From Desulfocapsa sulfexigens DSM 10523 (lineage in GTDB: Bacteria; Desulfobacterota; Desulfobulbia; Desulfobulbales; Desulfocapsaceae), in the NCBI RefSeq assembly GCF_000341395.1, contig NC_020304.1, forward strand, positions 90,001 to 122,000: a DNA stretch of 32,000 bases, in the 5' to 3' direction. The notes beneath the pieces are model-generated. The model saw nothing but the letters and a program-made list of their open reading frames with translations. It was not told where the DNA came from and made no database searches. The first letter of the stretch is position 1, and every line of letters starts with the position of its first letter. The position numbers were made by a program, and so were the translations under genes. This document shows, piece after piece, positions 27,192-32,000 of this stretch.

Positions 27192-29348
27192 ATGTTTCTA
27201 GCAAAAATTTTTCCATTTATTCTCTGGTTTAAAGGGTACAAGGGGGCAACATTCAAACTTGACCTGGTTGCCGGTATTACGGTTGCCATGGTTTTGATCC
27301 CTCAATCAATGGCCTATGCACAACTTGCCGGTCTTCCGGCTTACTACGGTCTCTACGCAGCATTCCTGCCACCCATGATAGCTGCACTGTTTGGTTCCAG
27401 TCGTCAACTCGGTACCGGGCCTGTTGCCGTTGTATCACTGATGTCAGCAGCCTCTCTCGAGCCTCTGGCAACTGCAGGATCACCTGAATTTATCGCTTAC
27501 TCAATCGTGCTTGCACTTGTTGTCGGTATCTTCCAGTTCTCCCTGGGTGTGCTTCGCCTGGGAATGGTGGTAAACTTTCTTTCCCATCCTGTTATCAATG
27601 GTTTCACCAATGCCGCTGCCATCATTATCGCATCATCTCAGTTTTCCAAATTCTTCGGCGTATACGTTGATAAAGCCCCTCATCATTATGAAACAATGAT
27701 GCGAGTGGCAAATGCCGCTATGGATTATACTCATATGCCGACTTTGATTTATGCGGTCTCTGCGGTAGCCATCATGGCCACCTTGAAAAAATATGCCCCC
27801 AAGGTTCCAAATGTTCTGGTAGCAGTCCTTATCACCACCGTAATTTCCTACTTCACAGGATTTAACAATGATGCCGCAGTTGACATCTCTGCCGTTCAAC
27901 TACCCGGATTTAGCGAAAAAGTACATGAATTCAACCAGGCAACAGAACTCATCGAGACACGCGGCGGCGAACGTGCTGCTCTTGGTAAAGCGGCTGATGA
28001 GCTACGTAACGCAGAAACTGGACCCCACGGTGGCAAACCCATCGAACTGATCAAAATGGAAAGCGAAATAGCAATTCTCACTAACCATATGGATCATGCG
28101 AAAGAAGAGGCCCACCTTCTCCGTAAGGATCTCAGACATCTAAAATTTGAAGCGGTAGTCGATGGTGACAATTACACCTTCTACCCAAAAGGAAACATTC
28201 CAGGTGGCATAGAAACGGATGGAAAAACCTGGCGTCTGAAAATAGGCAATAAAGCGCTGAGTACTGATCAATTAACCATGATGGGTGGTGGTGCCATTGT
28301 CGGTACAGTTCCCAAGGGACTGCCAACAATTGCAATCCCGGAACTCACTGTGAAAAGCTTTTTGAAACTGCTTCCCACGGCAATCATTATTTCTCTGCTC
28401 GGATTTATGGAAGCCATTGCCATTGCTAAAGCCATGGCTGCAAAAACCGGCCAGAAGATTGATGCCAACCAGGAGTTAATCGGTCAGGGCCTTGCCAATA
28501 TCTGTGGTTCTTTTGGATCCAGCTACGCGGTTTCCGGTTCATTCTCCCGTTCCGCTGTTAACCTTGCAGCTGGTGCCGTTACGGGTATCTCTTCCGTGGT
28601 CACCTCGGTCATGGTGGTCATCACCCTGCTCTTCTTCACCCCCCTGCTCTACCATCTCCCCCAGGCAACGCTTGCTGCAGTCATTATGATGGCAGTTATC
28701 GGGCTTGTGAACGTCAAAGGATTTGTCCATGCATGGCACGCTCAAAAATATGATGGAATTATTTCGGTTTTAAGTTTTCTGGTTACCCTCTACTTTGCTC
28801 CACATCTGGATAAGGGTATCATGGTTGGCTTTGTCCTCTCCATGGGCGTCTTCCTCTACAAATCGATGCGTCCGGTTGTGGCCGAGCTCTCCATGCATGA
28901 GGATAAAGTCATGAAAAGTGCTGAACATTATCGCCTCAAAGGCTGTCGCCATATTTCGGTTGTCCGCTTTGACGGATCTTTGTTCTTTGCCAATGCCAGC
29001 TATCTCGATGAACAGGTTGCCTACTTTAGAACCACACATCCGGATCTGCGTTATATCCTCCTTGACGCCAAAGGAATCAATGATATGGACGCCTCCGGTG
29101 AAGAAGCTCTGGCCATGATTGTTGAGCGCCTCCGTGCGGCAAAACTCGGCTTTGCAATGTCCGGAGTCAAAGGACAAGTCATGGCTGTCATGGAAAGGAC
29201 TCACCTTCTTGACAAGATCGGAATGGAAAACATGTACCCTGACACTGAATCGGCCGTTGCTGATATTATCACCAAGGTCCATACAGACACTGATCTTCCT
29301 GAAGCAGGCTGTAATAACTGTCCTTTAACAAAGTATATTCCTGCATAG
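27192..29348 (+). CDS. SulP-family anion transporter with C-terminal STAS domain and a large internal insertion
   Basis: 718 aa. AGITVAMVLIPQSMAYAQLAGLP, GTGPVAVVSLM, VGTVPKGLP, NQELIGQGLANICGSFG. STAS domain (VVRFDGSLFFANASYL ... MDASGEEAL). About 140 extra residues sit between the TM7-like segment and the GxVPxGLP motif. Confidence 0.92.
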   Translation: MFLAKIFPFILWFKGYKGATFKLDLVAGITVAMVLIPQSMAYAQLAGLPAYYGLYAAFLPPMIAALFGSSRQLGTGPVAVVSLMSAASLEPLATAGSPEFIAYSIVLALVVGIFQFSLGVLRLGMVVNFLSHPVINGFTNAAAIIIASSQFSKFFGVYVDKAPHHYETMMRVANAAMDYTHMPTLIYAVSAVAIMATLKKYAPKVPNVLVAVLITTVISYFTGFNNDAAVDISAVQLPGFSEKVHEFNQATELIETRGGERAALGKAADELRNAETGPHGGKPIELIKMESEIAILTNHMDHAKEEAHLLRKDLRHLKFEAVVDGDNYTFYPKGNIPGGIETDGKTWRLKIGNKALSTDQLTMMGGGAIVGTVPKGLPTIAIPELTVKSFLKLLPTAIIISLLGFMEAIAIAKAMAAKTGQKIDANQELIGQGLANICGSFGSSYAVSGSFSRSAVNLAAGAVTGISSVVTSVMVVITLLFFTPLLYHLPQATLAAVIMMAVIGLVNVKGFVHAWHAQKYDGIISVLSFLVTLYFAPHLDKGIMVGFVLSMGVFLYKSMRPVVAELSMHEDKVMKSAEHYRLKGCRHISVVRFDGSLFFANASYLDEQVAYFRTTHPDLRYILLDAKGINDMDASGEEALAMIVERLRAAKLGFAMSGVKGQVMAVMERTHLLDKIGMENMYPDTESAVADIITKVHTDTDLPEAGCNNCPLTKYIPA

Positions 29349-29364
29349 CAGGATTTTAAAACAT

Positions 29365-29402
29365 AAAAAGGCCGTAATCCTATTTGGGATTGCGGCCTTT
29401 TT
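29365..29402. terminator. Bidirectional Rho-independent terminator between the convergent SulP and GGDEF genes
   Basis: aaaaaGGCCGTAATCC (29370-80), tattt loop, GGGATTGCGGCC (29386-97), ttttt. A-run on one side and T-run on the other. Confidence 0.8.
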
Positions 29403-29444
29403 ACGTTTACACCTGAGGGTATTTCAAATTCACCAGAAGACTAC

Positions 29445-30953
29445 TCAGATAACACCCAGTTCCACTCTGTTTCTTCCATTCTGCTTTGCCATATAAAGCG
29501 CCTGATCACTACACTCTATTATCGCCACACGGCTCAATTCCTTTCGAGTCATATCTGTAGCCGCCAGACCAATACTTACTGTAACAGAAACACGCTTTCC
29601 ATTATGCTCAATTTTCTTTTGCTCAACCCCTCTCCTCAAGCGTTGCGCCAGCACCTTTGCCCCCTTACTCCCTGTTTCAGGTAGAATAACAGCAAATTCC
29701 TCACCACCATAACGGGCAACAACGTCACAACTGCGCACCAGATGGGTCAAAACGTTAGCAATCTCCTTAAGGATTTCATCGCCCACGGGATGTCCATAGG
29801 TATCATTAACCTTTTTAAAAAAATCAATATCCAGAAGAAGCAGTGAAACTGGATGTTTATAGCGAACAGCCCTTCCCAGTTCCGTTTCCAGAACATTCTG
29901 AAAGTACCTGTGATTATAAAGACCGGTCAGACCATCCCTGTAGACGAGTTCCCGCAGACTGTTGTTTGCCTGCTGCAGCTCCATAGCAAGCTGTTCTGCA
30001 CTCCGCCTCGCCAGTTTCAGCTCCAGAACAACCTGTTCATAGGATAAATTCAGGGCACCCAGTTCTTCATTTGCTTCCTGCATGATCTGGGAAAAGGGCT
30101 TGATGTCCTTGGGATCCATTGCAAACAAGTCCAGGATCTCACGAGACCTCTCCCCTATGGTATCGATTAATTCGTCAACCCTGCCTCCGGAGACATGCCA
30201 TTTATCTGCAAGTCCAGAATGCACCTCAATGGACTTCATGTTGCTGTGTACACTGTGATACATAGCCGAAATCTTGTCCGAGAAATCGAGAAGCATTGCT
30301 GAACCCTGAAAATCTTTTCCTGCTTTCGCCGTCATATGATGCCAACGAATGGGCTCACTGATGCATTCAGGTAAATTCCAGGAGCTGAGCAGATAATGCC
30401 CAACTTCGGCATGGTCGCAGCCAAACTGTTCTTTCTCGGCGACACTGAGTTTCTCGCCACTGACACGCTTTTGGTCAAGAATGGCCCTGTAGTCATTCGG
30501 ATGAGACAGAAAAAGAATCAAAATACCGATATCCTGCAGCAATCCGGTGACAAACAGATCCTGACCTTTGTGCCCGACAGCGCTTCCAAGAACATCCGCA
30601 GCCACCGCCGCGGTTATTGCCCGTCGCCAGAAATAATCAAGATTAAAGCTTCCCTGGGGGGCATTTTGGAACTCCTGGACAATGACGAAGGAGAGTGCGA
30701 TATTCTTCAAGGCATCAGTACCAATCAATGCTGTGGCCTGAGCAAGAGAGTCAACCGGTTGACTGAGCCCATACAGAGAAGAATTGGCAAGTTTAAGAAT
30801 ACGAACACTGAGAGACGGATCGGTACTGATAATCCTGGCCAGGTCATCGAAGGAGTTCTCTTCCTGGCGAACGGCCTCTAGAATTTTTAAGGCTATCGTC
30901 GGTGGCGAGGGTAGTCTTACTTTTTCGTCAAAAAAATCCTGAACAGTCGTCAT
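29445..30953 (-). CDS. HDOD-domain / GGDEF-domain diguanylate cyclase
   Basis: 502 aa. N-terminal HDOD pattern (LPSPPTIALKILEAV ... ISTDPSLSVRILKLANSSLYG), coiled-coil linker, C-terminal GGDEF domain with intact RYGGEEFAVIL. GGAG SD. Confidence 0.9.
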   Translation of the reverse strand: MTTVQDFFDEKVRLPSPPTIALKILEAVRQEENSFDDLARIISTDPSLSVRILKLANSSLYGLSQPVDSLAQATALIGTDALKNIALSFVIVQEFQNAPQGSFNLDYFWRRAITAAVAADVLGSAVGHKGQDLFVTGLLQDIGILILFLSHPNDYRAILDQKRVSGEKLSVAEKEQFGCDHAEVGHYLLSSWNLPECISEPIRWHHMTAKAGKDFQGSAMLLDFSDKISAMYHSVHSNMKSIEVHSGLADKWHVSGGRVDELIDTIGERSREILDLFAMDPKDIKPFSQIMQEANEELGALNLSYEQVVLELKLARRSAEQLAMELQQANNSLRELVYRDGLTGLYNHRYFQNVLETELGRAVRYKHPVSLLLLDIDFFKKVNDTYGHPVGDEILKEIANVLTHLVRSCDVVARYGGEEFAVILPETGSKGAKVLAQRLRRGVEQKKIEHNGKRVSVTVSIGLAATDMTRKELSRVAIIECSDQALYMAKQNGRNRVELGVI

Positions 30954-31084
30954 TCAAAACTCCAGATCAAATTGATTTATATCTCTTTTCACCATATACG
31001 CATCCCTGCCACCTACCCTACCTGCTGCTATTTTCGAGGTCAAACAAAAAGAAGGGAACAGCAAACAGGGGAACACATGAAACA

Positions 31085-32000
31085 TTACTCTGCAAGCCTC
31101 TCCATATTTTCCTGTGCCGCCTCCCACTTCCCATACCAGCGCTCAAGCCTGCGCCCACACTCGTCATAGTCAGCTGAAGTTGCCACCCATGCCTTTTGAT
31201 CCTGATAGAGTTCAGGATCAGCCATCCGGGCTTCAAGGGCTGTTTTTTCAGCTTCCAGTTTCTCCACCATTTTCTCTGCCTCTTCAGCCTGTTTTTTCCA
31301 GGGACCCATTTTTTTATTCTCTTCCCGACGCTTTCTGGCATCCAGCTGACGCTGTTCCTTTTTAGAAAGCTGTGTTCCTGAGACTTCTGTTTCGATAACT
31401 GGTGCTGCCTCATCGGCTGGTTGCTGTTTGTCCTCACCCCCCGCACTATCCGCCTCAATTTTCTGCAGATAATCACTGATATTGCCTTCATATACGTTCA
31501 GCTGACCATCTTTAACCTCAACCACCTTATTCACAAAACTGTCGAGGAAATAACGGTTATGGGAAACCACCAGAATAAAGCCGTCATACTGAGACATTGC
31601 CTCCTGCAGAACCTCCTGGGAGCTGATATCCAGATGGTTCGTCGGTTCATCGAGGAGCATACAGTTCGCAGGAGAAGCTATCATCTTAGCCAGCGCCAGA
31701 CGACTTTTTTCGCCACCTGAAAGAACGGAAACCTTCTTATCCACCTCTTCACCCCGGAACAGGAAGGTTCCCAGCAGAGAGCGTATCCGGGTGATAGTCA
31801 TATCCTTCACAGAGAGCGAAAGTGTTTCAAGGGCTGTAAGTGTTGGACTGAGTTCCTGAGCCTGATGCTGTCCGAAATAGGATAGCTGTACATTGTGACC
31901 AAGTTTCACAACTCCTGAATCGGCATTTATGGCTCCAGCGATAATCTTCACCAGGGTGGATTTCCCAGCACCGTTCACGCCAACCACAGCAACCTTGTCA
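31085..32000 (-). CDS. ABC-F family ATPase (second NBD plus C-terminal coiled-coil), 5' end outside the window
   Basis: GVNGAGKST Walker A, LSGGEKSRLALAKM signature, LLDEPTNHLD Walker B, Lys/Glu-rich C-terminal helix. No TM domain. The reading frame stays open to the window edge. Confidence 0.9.
   Translation of the reverse strand, partial: DKVAVVGVNGAGKSTLVKIIAGAINADSGVVKLGHNVQLSYFGQHQAQELSPTLTALETLSLSVKDMTITRIRSLLGTFLFRGEEVDKKVSVLSGGEKSRLALAKMIASPANCMLLDEPTNHLDISSQEVLQEAMSQYDGFILVVSHNRYFLDSFVNKVVEVKDGQLNVYEGNISDYLQKIEADSAGGEDKQQPADEAAPVIETEVSGTQLSKKEQRQLDARKRREENKKMGPWKKQAEEAEKMVEKLEAEKTALEARMADPELYQDQKAWVATSADYDECGRRLERWYGKWEAAQENMERLAE

Noticed and set aside
28770-29282. 170-aa minus-strand ORF
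   Set aside because: It is antisense to the STAS-domain part of the SulP gene. Shadow ORF.
31018-31491. 157-aa Lys/Arg/Trp-rich minus-strand ORF
   Set aside because: It is an alternative frame of the Glu/Lys-rich coiled-coil tail of the ABC-F gene. Repetitive-codon artefact.
1-32000. CRISPR arrays, IS/transposase or integrase genes, tRNA/rRNA genes, toxin-antitoxin or defence islands
   Set aside because: No regularly spaced repeats and no transposase- or integrase-like ORFs. No tRNA-like T-loop/acceptor pattern in any intergenic gap of 75 nt or more. All large ORFs are accounted for by housekeeping, transport or metabolic families.

Overview
This window reads as a chromosomal, mostly housekeeping and metabolic stretch of an anaerobic bacterium. 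Gene content and a sigma-54 site fit Desulfobacterota (delta-proteobacteria), but that placement is inference only. GC looks moderate by eye. I saw no rRNA, tRNA, CRISPR array, IS element, integrase or obvious defence or toxin module.

Gene order, left to right:
- 3' end of an FKBP-type PPIase gene
- two tandem secreted DUF1566/Lcl-C-terminal-domain paralogs
- trpS, dnaK and grpE on the minus strand
- a radical SAM/SPASM (AhbD/NirJ-like) gene, hemE and an HD-domain gene on the plus strand
- an exporter-rich segment: three LysE/RhtB-family genes and one MFS gene, interleaved with a small orphan ORF, an MltB-type lytic transglycosylase, and divergent tag and ogt alkylation-repair genes
- a roughly 12 kb co-directional minus-strand gene string: iorA-iorB-paaK-ACT-livK-livH-livM-livG-livF-paaK-rph, then a mini-HAD gene and a LysE gene
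- a 718-aa SulP/STAS anion transporter
- an HDOD-GGDEF diguanylate cyclase
- the 3' part of an ABC-F ATPase gene, running off the window

I found no clear-cut new multi-gene system. The best candidates for undescribed biology are:
1. An orphan consensus sigma-54 promoter at 14345-14359. It has an upstream 18-nt-arm inverted repeat and a strong intrinsic terminator about 70 nt downstream. Together these predict a ~75-nt RpoN-dependent small RNA with a C/U-rich anti-Shine-Dalgarno stretch.
2. A ~140-residue charged, coiled-coil-like insertion in a loop of the SulP transporter core.
3. An AhbD/NirJ-like radical SAM gene next to hemE, which hints at a hybrid O2-independent heme route.
4. An ior/paaK/ACT/liv supraoperon with duplicated aryl-CoA ligases, a 20-bp structured RNA element in front of livH, and rph translationally coupled to its end.

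All functional calls come from motif-level reading of the supplied translations. No database search was possible.
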